In this document: positions 1-12,960 of the stretch, piece by piece | How the letters are laid out: each line of letters begins with the position of its first letter | How positions within the stretch are numbered: the stretch's first letter is position 1 | DNA from: Tubulanus polymorphus | Taxonomy: Eukaryota > Animalia > Nemertea | DNA: 64,000 nt | Reading direction: 5' to 3' | Assembly: GCF_964204645.1 (NCBI RefSeq) | Contig: NC_134025.1 | Location: 15,971,101 to 16,035,100, forward strand | Notes under the pieces: model-generated | Told to the model about the DNA's origin: nothing | Databases searched by the model: none | The model's input: the letters and a program-made list of their open reading frames with translations, nothing else | Translations under genes and position numbers: made by a program

Positions 1-12
1 AACCATATTCAA

Positions 13-2421
13 ATGATATCGAGACCATCAAACCATATTCAAACGACACCTCAAGATGGATATGTGGTTGCTGGCCCGACATGTGATTCTAGCGGAGATA
101 CACCTACTGATGGTCCGCATCCTACTAGAACCATCACTGTTAGACCACCACAAAATACCCAAAGTATAGAAGAAAATCGACGTGACCCTTCGGAGAACAG
201 TGAGGCTCCCAGTCCGGCTACGGAAAACACAAACATCGGAACAGTGAGGCTCCACGCCTCGGGCCTTTTCTGTGATGCCGTAGTAAATGACCATTCGAAA
301 GCGGTGGTACTCCTGGACACTGGTGCCTCCTGCACAATCATTAGAGGTTCGGTATGGGACTCTAGTAGCCCGACTGGTGAAGCCGCTGCACTGAGGCCAA
401 TCGAAGGAATCGTGACAACGGCTACCGGTCAGCCAATGGAGTTACGTGGATTAGCTGATGTATGTCTGAGAGTTGGAACTGAAGAATTTCATGTCCCCAT
501 GATCGTCAGTGAGGATTTGGCACAAGACTGCTTGCTTGGAAGTGATTTCTTCGAGAAATATGGCTGCAACATAGATTACCGTAACAAAGTGCTCCGCTTC
601 GGAAGCCTCAGCGAGGTGCCTGTCCGCCAGAGCCCCAAACGCGCGAGCGCTTGCAGGGTGTTCATCAGTAAGAGCCAAATCATTCCAGCTGGATCCGAGG
701 TGGTGGTAAATGGATACATGAAACGGAGTTATGCTCATAATAATTCGACCCCAGGGATGATCAGCAGCTGTGAACAGAATAATTTTTGCACTGGGAAAAC
801 ACTGGTGGTACCGGAGGCAAACCAGATACCGGTTCGGCTGGCTAACTTCTCGGATGAGGCTTGTAGAGTCGACAGGGGCAAGACTATTGGTCTATTCTGC
901 CCCCTACGGTCAGTTGACATCATGACTGTCGACGACCATGCTCAAAACCCGTCAACTCCAAAAATCCAGCTGCAGGGTGGTGACAATACTGAATTCATGG
1001 ACCTCATGAGAGAATTGAAAATCGACCAGCTTGAAATCCCCACTGACATAAAAACACAGCTTGTTGACATCATACGGGAGCACAAGTCAGTATTCTCGAT
1101 GGGAGACTTTGACATGGGAGAATTCGAGATTGACACCGGTGACCACCCACCGATAAAACAACATCCCCGTCGGCTACCCCCCGGTAGGAGAGCTTGTGAG
1201 GGGACGACCAAGGAGCTTTTAGAACACGACTTGATCCGGCCATCCACCAGCCCGTGGTCAAGCCCAATAGTTCTAGCGAAAAAGGCCGATGGTTCCCTGC
1301 GTCTATGCTGCGATTACCGCCGACTCAATGACGCAACAGTCAAAGACGCTCACCCATTAGGTCGAATAGACAGTACCCTAGATGCTTTATCGGGCGCAAC
1401 CTGGTTCTCGTCCCTCGATTTAACCAGCGGATACTGGCAGGTCCCAATAAAGGAATCAGACAAACATAAGACCGCATTCACGACTGAAAACCATCTATTT
1501 GAGTGGAATGTCATGCCGTTTGGAGTCTGTAATGCCCCGGCGTCATTCAGACTGATGCCAATGGTACTGGATGATGTTGCATGGAAAACATGCCTTATCT
1601 ACCTGGATGATGTAGTGGTGTTTAGTCATGATCTACCAACCCATCTGACGCGATTACAAGAGGTATTTCTTTGCTTTCAGAAAGCCGGTCTCAAGCTAAA
1701 ACCGAGGAAGTGCTCGCTTTTCCAGCGGCGCCTCAAGTTTTTGGGGCATGTAGTAAGCGAGGCCGGTGTCGAAACCGACGGTGCCAAATGCGATAGAGTC
1801 AGGGATTGGCCGACCCCAACGTCAGTTACCGAACTGCGTAGTTTCCTTGGTCTTGTGACATATAACTCGCAATTCATCAAGGATTTCGCCGACTTGACAG
1901 CCCCGCTACACCGCCTTACGAGGAAAAATGAACCATTCGTCTGGACATTCAAGCAACAACTAGCGTTTGACGGACTGAAAGAAAAGCTGACCAGCTCCCC
2001 TATCCTGGCATTCCCAGATTTCTCGGAGGGTGCTGGAGAGTTCATTTTGGACTGTGACGCCTCTAACTGGGCTATCGGAGGGGTGCTGTCACAACTACAA
2101 CACGATGGTTCTGAGAGAGTGATCGAGTACAGTAGCCGCACGCTGAAAGGTGGAGAGGAGAACTATTGTGCCACCAGGCGCGAAATGTTGGCCTTGGTTG
2201 ACATGATTGATCACTTCCGCCACCATTTACTAGGCAGGAAATTCAAAGTTCGCACAGACCACGCAGCACTCAAGTGGCTACAAACCTTCAAAAACCCTGA
2301 GGGCCAAGTGGCTCGGTGGCTTGAACGCCTGTCGGAATATGATTTCGTGATCGAACATCGAGCTGGAAGCAAACATTTGAACGCAGACGCCCTGTCTCGC
2401 ATCCCTAAGAGACAGAGGTAA
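13..2421 (+). pseudogene. pol: Gypsy pol: aspartic protease, reverse transcriptase, RNase H
   Basis: Motifs DTGAS, SPWSSPIVL, LRLCCDYRRLN, DLTSGYWQV, YLDD, DAS, TDHAAL. Ends at TAA where homologous copy B has Lys (PKRQR*HGDCPACG vs PRRVKKHGSCPSCG). Small in-frame deletions relative to copy B. Confidence 0.92.
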
Positions 2422-2548
2422 CATGGGGACTGCCCAGCTTGTGGTGACACTGGTCCATCTATATACCAGGTGACTGCAAAACATCAGGGCGATTTGACAG
2501 CGCACTCCACTGGCTTGTCCAGGAACAAAATAATCGAGGCGCAAGTAA

Positions 2549-4349
2549 ATGACCCCGAAATATCAGAAATTAGGGAGTTCTTGGCCGGAGATGGGGTCAA
2601 GGACAAGAAACGGCTACAACGGTGTGGTAGAACAGCGAGGAGCCTCTATAGTCTGGTTGAGCGTCGAGCTTTTAGATGGCATTCTTGCACTTAAACCACT
2701 TCCGGGGGCTACCTCAACGAGACACCGAGTGGTACTACCCATTTCACTGACTGATGGAACCATAGGAGTCATACATCAGGGATTTGCGGGGAAACATCTT
2801 GGTACCAAAAAGACAGAGTGCAAAATTAGGGAAAGATTCTGGGTATTAGGCCTCTCAGCTAGGGTCAGGGATTTTGTTCGGGGCTGCAAAACTTGCCAAG
2901 AGTGCAAGTCCCCGTCCAAACTACCAAAAGCCCCAATGATGTCTACACCGGTAGGGCGACGCTTCCAGCGTGTACATATAGACATCGTGGGCCCATTATC
3001 GAGAACCCGCCGCGGCAACGTCTACATTCTTGTGGCTCAAGATGCATTCACTAAGTGGCCCGAAGCATGGCCAATCCGCACGGAAAAGGCCTCCGTGGTG
3101 GCACGTGCCCTTGTGAACGAGTGGGTCACCCGTTATGGCTGCCCTGAATCCATCCACTCGGACAAAGGCGCGAACTTCGAGTCGAAGGTTTTCATGGAGA
3201 TGTGTAGGATCTTGGCTATTGAAAAGACCAGAACCACTGCCTACCATCCTATGGGCAATGGGCAGGTGGAAAATTTCAATAAGTCCCTGAAGGCCATGCT
3301 GACTACAGCCGTCAATGAGTGTGGAACAAACTGGGACGAGGAACTACCTGCGTGTTTGATGGCATTTCGTTCAAGCGTCCAGCACTCCACTCTTAAAACG
3401 CCGTTCTACTTGATGTACGCCGAGGAAATGTCACTACCGATCGACATCAGCGTAGGCTTGCCCGAGGACCACCAACCAAGGACTAAGTATGGCATGGACC
3501 TCTCTGACCCCCTCACTAAGTCACACAACATTGTTCGTGATCGACTAGTGATGGCACAAAGGCGTCAGAAAATGGACTATGACCGTTTCGCAAAACGCGG
3601 GGTTTACAACGTTGGGGATCGCGTGTGGCTGATGAGCCATTTCTTGAAAAAGGGCGAGGCATCTAAGTTCCACCGGAAATGGAAAGGGCCTTACGTCGTG
3701 ACCGAGAGACTATCGGAGGTGAATAACAGGGTTGTCCTGGAACCAGGCGCCGATCCGAGGGCGGTGAAGAGAAAGCGGGTTGTGCACTTCAATGATATGA
3801 AACCGTGCTTCCTGTCTAGTGAGACCGTGACCATAGGTCATAAAAAACCTAGACAGGAACCGGTTAAAACGACCGATCCCGAGGAGCAACCAACCCTCAA
3901 TGACGACGAGGGGGAGGAAGATGAAGACTGTGTCTGGACACGGTCACACCCAGAGACAACGGCGGTTATTCAAGAACCTCTTGTAACAAAACCATCGCGA
4001 GCCTCCTACTCAAAACCGCTCCAAGCCTGGGCCTTTGAACATTACAGACACTGAGGGGCACAGAAGACTCAGGCCCAGAGTAGGGATCAGGCGCCCTAGT
4101 CGATTCGTAAACTCATGTACAGTCAATAACGATGATTCGCTAGCCAACCAAAATAGGGCCTCAGACCCTTTGGTGGATCAAAACACACTTATAGGACCTC
4201 CAGTCGCCTCGGACAAGATTGAGCAGAACAACATTTTTGATATAGAACTGATCCAAAATTGCCAGAAATGTCGCGAAGTTCGGTCCCGGATTAACATGAG
4301 GAAAGGCTACTGGTTAGAAATGGGCCGGTACCTTAAATCAAAGGGTTAA
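2549..4349 (+). pseudogene. Gypsy integrase (HHCC, DDE, GPY) with frameshifted C-terminal tail
   Basis: H..H/CKTC zinc finger, DIVGP, SDKG, E in NGQVEN, WKGPY. The tail ORF 4035-4349 (RRLRPRVGIRRP..KGYWLEMGR) matches copy B (RRLRPRVNIRPP..KSVWLERGR). Confidence 0.9.
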
Positions 4350-4595
4350 ATCCTATATATATATTTAGTACCCTTGTATATAACCCTGTATATATATTTA
4401 CTTAGTTTTAGTAGACAGTTTATTATCATTTGTAACTGGTGGTGACTAGGATTTCAGACTACTTGCACCTCCTGATGGTATGCTTGGGACCACCCACCTT
4501 GCATGATTCGGGTGGTATCTGAATGAACGGAATCTCCGCCATTTAGTCTTGTCGGTGCAGCCAATTCATGTTTTGAACTATTTATCGTTTCTAGC

Positions 4596-5471
4596 ATGGA
4601 CTGTATCGAGTTAGACCAGTTATCTAGCCTCCACGAGGCGACACAGACCCTTAAACGGCAGGTCTCGAAAGAAGTCTGTTCCACCCTTCACAGACAGGAC
4701 AAGACCCTCAGCGAATTGAGAGCCAAGATGGGCAGACTTTATAACTCTGCCGTAGAACAGTCGTTTGTGGAGGATCCTGGTCGCATAGTAACCGGTGCGG
4801 TAGTAACCGGTCTCAAGACGACAAAGACCCGACGTTTTCGGCCGAAGATGAGCACAGCTGCATTTGAGTACATCAGCCAGGAACTAGTGAACGCCCTGGC
4901 CGAATGTGGTGGTGACTCCTCGCACATCTGGTCGAAACTTGGAGACTTGAAACAGAGGGCAGTTGAGGACTTACCAATCGTGTTGCTGGGAGACTCGATG
5001 TTTACGGGGCTAAAGGCCAGCGGCGGTTTGATTCCAATTTTCCACCCTGGTGAACGACTCGGTGATTTGTTGGAGTACCTCCCACATGTATCCTTTAGGG
5101 CAAGAGCGATTGTGGTCACGCATGGTATGAACCATGCCGGCGATTATGGCAGGACGACAGAGGAGTTGGCGGAAGTTTTGGCGCTACTCAAGGGCAAGCA
5201 CCCTTCTGTTCCCCTTTTCCACCTACAGACCCCTGTCCCTCCTTGCTGGCGTGGTGACCACAATCGGGTAAACAACATCAACCGGGTTAACGTCTTCGCC
5301 CTCCGTGCCGGGTTCCAACAGGCCGACCATCCAGATATCCCGGATTCTGATTTTGTGGGGATCCACTACAAAAAGTCGGCCATGCACTATAATCCGTGTG
5401 GTAGATCGCGTCTGAATGTGTTTCCTTCGGTACCTAACGATGGTTCACCTGGAGTAGCTTATTCTTTGTAA
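4596..5471 (+). CDS. ORF3: helical N-terminus plus SGNH/GDSL-hydrolase-like domain
   Basis: Block I IVLLGDSM, block II-like HPGER, block III VTHGMNH, C-terminal DFVGIHY. A homologous ORF lies at the same position in copy B. Confidence 0.72.
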   Translation: MDCIELDQLSSLHEATQTLKRQVSKEVCSTLHRQDKTLSELRAKMGRLYNSAVEQSFVEDPGRIVTGAVVTGLKTTKTRRFRPKMSTAAFEYISQELVNALAECGGDSSHIWSKLGDLKQRAVEDLPIVLLGDSMFTGLKASGGLIPIFHPGERLGDLLEYLPHVSFRARAIVVTHGMNHAGDYGRTTEELAEVLALLKGKHPSVPLFHLQTPVPPCWRGDHNRVNNINRVNVFALRAGFQQADHPDIPDSDFVGIHYKKSAMHYNPCGRSRLNVFPSVPNDGSPGVAYSL

Positions 5472-5930
5472 TGTTAGTGACAAAAAGCCATTCAGTCCAA
5501 ATACTACCACACGTGACCCCCCAGATGTAGCACACCCCATTGCGAACAGTTTCTTTCCGTTTTCTTTTTATTGTATTTTTCAGCTTCCCAGGACGAGGAA
5601 CAGTGGCAGAGGGGCAAGCCAAGTGCAGTGTCCATTGGCCGTATCTACCTTTTGATGGTATAGATATTTTTGGTTAGACACTACGCTTAGGTGCGCCCCG
5701 AAAACAAACCACAAACCATTAGTGGAGATCGAAAGCTGCATGTATTATCATCACTGAGATGCAACCCTAATGCGAAACAACAACTACGCCGTGTTAGATG
5801 TCTACTGTATCCAGAGCCGAGAAGTTTGCAGCTTAATATACTATTATAAGGACTATAATTAAATTTGTGTAGATATTTTGACTATATATTCCTGTTCAAA
5901 TAGGAGTTTGAACAAGTTGAAGGGGGGTGG

Positions 5931-6126
5931 TGTGATGGAATATGTCCATCAGTCGTTTTCTATGTTGTAACTGGAGGGTGCTGCCCTCTCTCTCTCTCGA
6001 AAATACAGAACAATAGGTGATTGTGTTAATATCTTTTGTCCGCCTTTTTACTGGTTTTTGGGCTCTCAGAGTCGATATTTGGAGGAAACTTCTACTGTGG
6101 AACAGGCAGAATAGGACCTCGTTACA
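5931..6126 (+). repeat. Putative 3' LTR of copy A, preceded by polypurine tract
   Basis: AGGGGGGTGG (5921-5930), then TGTGATG...CGTTACA imperfect terminal inverted repeat. Ends TCGTTACA like the copy B LTR. 5' LTR is not in the window to confirm. Confidence 0.55.
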
Positions 6127-7472
6127 TGGTGCCACTGATATAAAAGTAGTTTTTATTCTACGATAATTTGAGAAAATGAGTTATATTGGAAAAAAACTGA
6201 TAACGTACCTTAAAATTCAGCGATTCATTGGCATTTTATTTCATTGGCATCTTCAAATAGAGTTTTGAGGTGCTAAGTTTATTACTATTAAGAGGTCACT
6301 ATTTTTGGTGGTCAGTGCAGTTTGTTTATTCGTTCATCAATCACTGTCTAGTTAGCCAGTGTAATTCACCTGTTGACTGATAGCTGCTGCTGGGCTTTTG
6401 ATAACCTATACAAACAATTTACTCAACAAAGTAGCAAAGCATGTGAAACTGAAATTTCAGCCTTGCATTCTTTTACTTAGACCAGAAGAGGTTTTTTTTT
6501 ATCAAATTGGAATAACTGATTTCAAAACTACGTGAACATCTCAACTGAATTTATTTCAGTATTTATTCAATCAATAATGATAATTGTAAGGCTTATTCTC
6601 ACTAGCATACCCTCAGTGAGTAATGGATATTAGATTATAATATAATGCACTATTATTTTGATCTTATATTAGAAGTTGTAATACCATTTCAACCAAACTG
6701 TATAACTATGAAATGAAATTTCGGTAAAGGTATCAATTCTGACAACTATTAAAGGGTTCAATATTCATAAACGAACAAGCAGAGAACAGCGTGACAAAGT
6801 GAACATCACATGGATTACTTAAAAGTTGATTGTATCGAAATAAACAATAATTGTAGGTTAATTCTAAGTATTTTAGATACATTTTTTGGGAAAATTTTTT
6901 GTAGTCTTTCATCCAAGTAAAGAGATCCAAAGACATAATCCATGAACATATGATTTTATTTGTATTTTCGTCTCTCATATATCCTTGAAGACAAATGAAG
7001 CCAAATTCAAAAAAATACAAATTCATTTCTACAGAATCAAAGATTTATGACAGTATGAATGCACCAGCATGTTTTATAATCGCAAATATAAAACAAAAAT
7101 CATAAAATTCTAAATTAGATCTGGCACAATACTTGTTTTAACGGATTGAATCCATAATGATGTTATATAAATCAATAGTTTTCCTATTGGTTATTCCCAT
7201 TTTGTTGAGCGTGATATAATTTAGGGGGTTCTTAGCAACTCAGAAACTAGGATTTCTATTGACAGAACTGTATTCAAAGCATACTGAGTTCTGTATACAA
7301 AGCATATGGGGTTTAACAGTACCTTTGACCGTCACGTATAACTGCAAATCTTTAACACATGTGGCTATTTTGAACAGGAAATTACTGTGCCATCTCAAAA
7401 AGGTCATTTTTCACTACTTGACTTTTAGAAACGGTGTGTTTTGAGAGTAGCTATTGTGGTAGGAGTTACTAT

Positions 7473-8076
7473 TAGACGGGCACCAAAGACCAACTTTTTG
7501 GTACTTCCGTTCAACAGAGATACCGTATGGACAAATTTGGTATCATTCGAAAGCTTTGCATCTAGGCTTCGGGGAATCGATATCCGTTTCCATGGAAACT
7601 GGTGCAATTTCCATGGAAACGGATACCAAGGCAACCAATACCTAATTTGATTTCATAGATAGAAATCCTTTAAAAAGTATGTAGCTCCTAAACCAAGGTC
7701 CTAAGTAGCCCGCTATTACACTAATTTTAGGTTTTCGTGTATGAGCTTACATTTGGTAACATTTATTTTTTTATTTTGTCGGTCCCTATACAAGAAACTG
7801 GGGTAGTGGAGCTATTTTCCACTTAAATCCCAAAGAAGTCAATGAATGAATCAATCTTGTCACTTTCTATGTGCTGATACTTTGAACGATTCGTGTCTGC
7901 AATGAAGCAGGGGTCGGGTCTTCGATGTTTATTGTGACATTTCGGTGATTGTTGTGTCAGTAACCATGACAAATGCATAATTTGTATCATATAGGTATCT
8001 CGTATTATGGATATCAATGGATTTTCAAGTAACATTATCTCAAAATTCATGATATATAGAAGAATTCTAATTGGTT
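7473..8076. repeat. Left TIR of Academ element
   Basis: Near-identical reverse complement of 13766-14378; mirrored pseudo-ORFs 7823-8050(-) and 13792-14019(+). Confidence 0.95.
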
Positions 8077-8304
8077 TCGGGTTGTATTTTGATATACAGG
8101 TTATTATATTGTGCCATTTTCAAACTGATAACCTGGGACTATTTCACAGGCTCACTTAACATTTCATTAAAATTCTATTAGTATTGTATCATCATGACAT
8201 GAAATTATCAGTCATTTTCGTGAGATCTGCCGGACATTCCTAAAATGATTCAGATATATCAAAAGAGAGGATTAATCAGAATTTATCTAATGCAACATGT
8301 ATCT

Positions 8305-8940
8305 TCATTTATTTATTTGTTTATTTGCGTCAGACCATGAAGGTACATATATACATATAAATAATTCATACAAAATGCATCTCATGCAATTAGTAACGTA
8401 TACTATTACTACAAAATAGATAGGATTTACAATGAATTTGATTAAAAAGAACTACGTACATCTTTTTAGTGAACTAATGATAGCCAATTAAGTGAAAAGT
8501 CAGTTGACGTAAGAGAAATAAGTAGACTGATTGAGCTCATAGATAGTCTTGCCCTGAGGGAATTAACACGGATTGATTCTCCAAAAGAAAGAGTTTTAGA
8601 AAATGCAAACATCTGTGAAGCACTACAGAATCTAGGCAACTTAAGCAGTAATCGAAAAGAATTGTTATACAAACTTATTATAAGTTGCTTGTGTAAATTT
8701 AAACCATAAAGTAGAACAGTAAGAGAGGTACAGTATTACTGAACCAGAGCATTGTGAGAATTTGTTAACTAGTTGATTCCCCCTAGCGCACTCATGCCGG
8801 TATAACTTTTTATATGTAAATCATCCTGCAGATCATTACTGATGATGTACCCTAAATATTTATATTGGTTAACTGCCATCAATTTAACACCATTTAGCAA
8901 TATATGAGGAAAATCCTTGATTTTCAACTTTTCGTAGAAT
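8305..8940 (-). mobile_element. 5'-truncated non-LTR retrotransposon 3' end inserted in the Academ element
   Basis: Minus strand reads KYLGYIISNDLQDD..RGNQLVNKFSQCS (RT C-terminal region) and ends in a (TAAA)n-like tail at ~8308-8328. Confidence 0.65.
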
Positions 8941-9069
8941 AACCACACTCAAACGATTTTTAACTTTTAATTTGTACAGAGTGGGTTTTTATCTTCATTC
9001 AACCATTAACATCTAATATTCTTCAGAGTCATTGTCATTGGTCTGTTGAAGAGTAATTTTTTTGTTGTA

Positions 9070-12000
9070 TCAGTCACTGCACCGGCACGCATCCGTACAC
9101 TGCAAACCATTTCTCATACAGTGACATTTTGTTGATCGGCAATCCGCCTTACATCCACATATGATAGTTTCTATCATTTCCGCAGGTGCAGAGTCCTGTT
9201 CCATAAGTTTTGGAATGATTTTACCAGAGCTTTCGTCCCAACCATGACCAAATGGCTCTGGAACAGTTGCCCTACTTATCACAGCACTTCTCCACACGAG
9301 ACACTGATAGTTAGCCCGCATTACGTGTAATCTAAAACTATCCGTCGTCGGCGGCAAGTTTCCATGTGTAGATCCCTTGAGGCAAAACAATCTGTAGCGA
9401 ATATCATTCAATGATAAATACTGTCCAATTTCATTTTTCAAGTAACAGTTTCCAATTAAATCTGTACATGCAGTCAAAGTTTTTTCCGATACTTTCACAG
9501 AGCAGCCAAGATCTTGTAAATCGTCAAATCTTGTGACATAATCCTTTAAAACCAACCACGGTTTTACCTTCCCTATTGACCTGAAAGACGAGACGCTATC
9601 GCATCCCGTTAAAGCATAAAGTGGTAAAATGTATTTTACCAACTCTCCAAGTTCCATTACAACTGTTCGTACTGATAGTCTTATACTACGTAATTGTAAC
9701 AAGATATTCTCTACATTCAGAATCGGATAGAAATTCACCAAAAGCACAAACACATCAGTATCAGGCGTATTTACAAGGATTGATGAATATCCTTTTTCAC
9801 CAAGACATTTTATATGGTAGATCATACGGCAATATGCCTCTTCGTGACAGCAAATGTATTCTTCTGCAGGACTTTGACTCTTATTAGTAACGACACGTAC
9901 AGAGTTATCGATGAACCTCCCCAAAACTATTTTCTGATGGCGATATAGTTTCTTTCCTCCAATCACTGGTAATTCACTCTATAGATATTTCAGCAAATTT
10001 GTTTTGTTCGCATTTGATCCAATGAACTTTGACCACTGTTTTGGAAGAGGCGTATTTGATGTGATGACTTTTATTTCAATGGTTTCTTTGCAACGTTTGT
10101 CCCTTTCACCATCCTTGATACTGTTGTTACTATATCTATCCATAACCAGATGCAGCTCATTACTTGGCCAAAAATAGTTTTTCACCGAATCAAACAGGCA
10201 AATCGTCAAGTCACCAAATGTTTTCAGACTTTTTGTTTTCATAGAATGAAGTAATACCATGGCATCAATGACACAGGCATCAAATTGTCCAGTTGGAGGT
10301 TGAGGCTGAGGCATGTCCTTCGTAATTGCTGGCACAAATTTACTTTTAGCTGTTGAAACTAAAGTCCCATCGGCATTAGCGATTGATAGCGGTACATTGC
10401 TAAGCTCATAGGTTAAGATGTGTTTCAGGTCGGTATCCCGTCCGGACGCAACTACAAGCAATCTACTAAATATCTCGTGATTTAATACCTGGATATGTTT
10501 ACATTTTCCCTGACTTTTCAGCAGTTTCCCCATATCAACGAAAGTTTTCAATCCGTACTTTTTTAATGTGTCTTTAATAAGCTTCTTTGGTGGCGATTCG
10601 ACCAGGCGCTCAGAAACGAATTGCATCAACTGATGTTGTCCGTTTTGTCGAGCATTTATCAAACTTTCGGAGATATATTCTGGTGCGACAGCTTCTATAA
10701 AATCAGATAAAATTCTTAGGTACACTAAAACCTTAAGGAATTTTGCATTTAAAAAGTCAGCTGAAAAGAACATTTCAGGTGCAAGTATTCAACTGACCTG
10801 TAACTATATTGAGTAGGTCGTCTTCTGTATAGCTGAACGGATTTACAGCTAAACCACTTATAGTTACAACTAGGGCTTAGACATCATTTTGGTCCTTTGT
10901 GATCATGTACTTCGAACAGTCTTTGTGAGGTACAGTGAATTGCACTGAACTGCACGTATCCCTTAAGTGAGATTTCATTTCCCCCCGCACATGTGCAGTC
11001 TTCATCCATCTGTTGAATATAATTTCGAAAATTTCATTTCTTTAGAGTATTTTTCTGATTGAATTGTTCCGGAGAGGTCGTCGACAATATTGGTTTCATT
11101 GAATTATATAGACGTCAATCAACTTACTTGTCAACAGCTTTTTGGTCACCAGAGAATGACGTTATGCCACCCTTAACTTTGGAATCGCGATTCAAGGATT
11201 GCTCCAATAGTAGGTCAGTCGATACGCTACTGAACTTTTTCCCTGAACTACTAAATGAATGCTGCCCAGAAGCGAATGCTGCGAACACATCAGGAGCTGT
11301 AATTGGTAACGTCTTCATATCATTCAGATAGACAGTCAACCACCGGTAAGACAAGTTGTCACTGAAAGAATCTTTTTACGGATCCCATTTATTCAATTGA
11401 TAATCTTAACAATTATCAAGTTAAACCAACATATATCATCCTTACCGAGCATAATGGTGATGATCAGACACAAACAGATAAGGCAGCATCCGGGTTGCAG
11501 CTTCCAGGTGCAACATCCAATTTCCATCCCTTTCCGCTCGAATGAAGTCCAGTAATATCGAAACCATCTCTAAATACTGGTTCCAAAAGGAAAAGGTCGG
11601 AAAAGATTTGGACCTGGCATCACGGAATTTGTGGAGATTTTCTTTTAATTTCATGATATTAGGATCGTGAACTGCTTTTTCAACTGCAAATTTCAATTCA
11701 TCCAATTCTACGGAATCAAACAACTCTTGGTATTTAGAGATGGCTGTCAAATCCCCGTCATCTGCTGTTTCTTGATATTCGCGCAATAGCATACAGTTGA
11801 GAGCCTCGTACAGTAATTTGTGTCCACGGACCGCTCTGTTGTAGTGAGCACACTGTCCAATTCCTCATGCTGTTACTGGGCCATAAATTCCTGACTCAAT
11901 CAGAATATCCTCCAATCCACTTTCGTTATAGAGCCTACCAATTGCAGTTATGAATGACAGTGTCACGTGGAAGGGTCCCAATCGCAAGCAATATAAACGA

Positions 12001-12960
12001 TATCCTGTCCAACAGACGAAATGTAACGATCCTTTTTTTCACTGTCACAAGCATCATCACCCGATAGTCGAGTGGTAAACAAAAAATCCAGGAACAAACG
12101 TAGGTATTCTGGAATTCGTTCTTCGTCAAAATTATCTTTCTTTGTTAATTCTATTGTTTTCTTTCTTGTAAGGCTGTTTATGGCATTTTTCAGAATTAAA
12201 GCAGCTTCATACAGAACTGCCTTTTCATTTTCTCCATTTTCTCCAGCAGCTTCAGCACTTCTGAATTTCTGATTTACTTGTTCGTTAACTTTGGTGAAAT
12301 GTTTGCAGATGTCCTCTTTTGTGAGCTCTGAGCTCAGCAATATCTGGGGTTGGTTTTTAAGGTACCGATTAAGAAATTGCACTTTGTCACAATAAACAGA
12401 TATCAATCTTTTTTTCAAGTTCTGGGCAGTGTAGTTATTAGCATCGCCTGTAACTACATGACAGTCACCAAGCAAACATTTATATCTTTCCAGCAATTTG
12501 TTCATTTCAAGAAATAACCGTTTTGTAACGATGCATCGATTTCACCTTTTAACCTGTCGAATGCGATATCTCTTGGATTTTCTGGAATTTCTGTAACACA
12601 ACAAAATGTTTGACTCACTTATTGACATCGACAGTCTGCGTGATACCGGGCTTTTTTGGCAATTAAATCATGACATTCAATAAGTGAAATCAGTGCGAAG
12701 TCATTCCTTCGTTTTGCGGCCTCAGATATCGAATTCAGTCCTGATTCTGTTTCGATTATGCACATTTTCTTTATCCTCTTGCGGCTCTGACGTCCACAAA
12801 AAATGCAGGTTTCCCAATCAAATTTCTTTCTTTTTGCAGTACCAAGGTCATTTTCGCTTCAAAAAAGTAGCCTCTTTCCTAATGCTGGTTCATCCGCAGC
12901 GGCCATTTTACCTAAGAAACAATAAACAGTTTTCATTTTTCCTATTGGCCTTATGATCAA
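9070..12960 (-). pseudogene. Academ transposase-XPG-Cys8 protein, broken by frameshifts/stops, with at least one intron
   Basis: Fragments 11963-12505; 11442-11792 (FIRAERDGNWMLHL..HHYAR); 11124-11354 (STDLLLEQSLNR); 9979-10773 (VIDAM, VMDRY..SIKDGER); 9070-9966 (HEEA, DTDV, LTGCDSVSSF..IGK, LPPT, CGCK..C..C.C..CT..C.C). Confidence 0.85.

Larger units (their letters stand above)
1..6126 (+). mobile_element. Ty3/Gypsy LTR retrotransposon copy A (5' part outside window), PR-RT-RH-INT plus extra ORF3; defective
   Basis: Domain order protease (LLDTGAS), RT (YLDD), RNase H (DCDAS..IGGVL), integrase (HIDIVGP, SDKGANFES, GPY). Premature TAA at 2419-2421 and frameshifts. PPT plus TG..CA LTR candidate at the 3' end. 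Confidence 0.92.

Noticed and set aside
6127-6138. TGGTGCCACTGA after the LTR as a PBS of a tandem element
   Set aside because: Only a short TGG match, and no retroelement sequence follows.
7823-8050. 75-aa ORF also present at 13792-14019
   Set aside because: Mirror product of the TIRs with no protein features.
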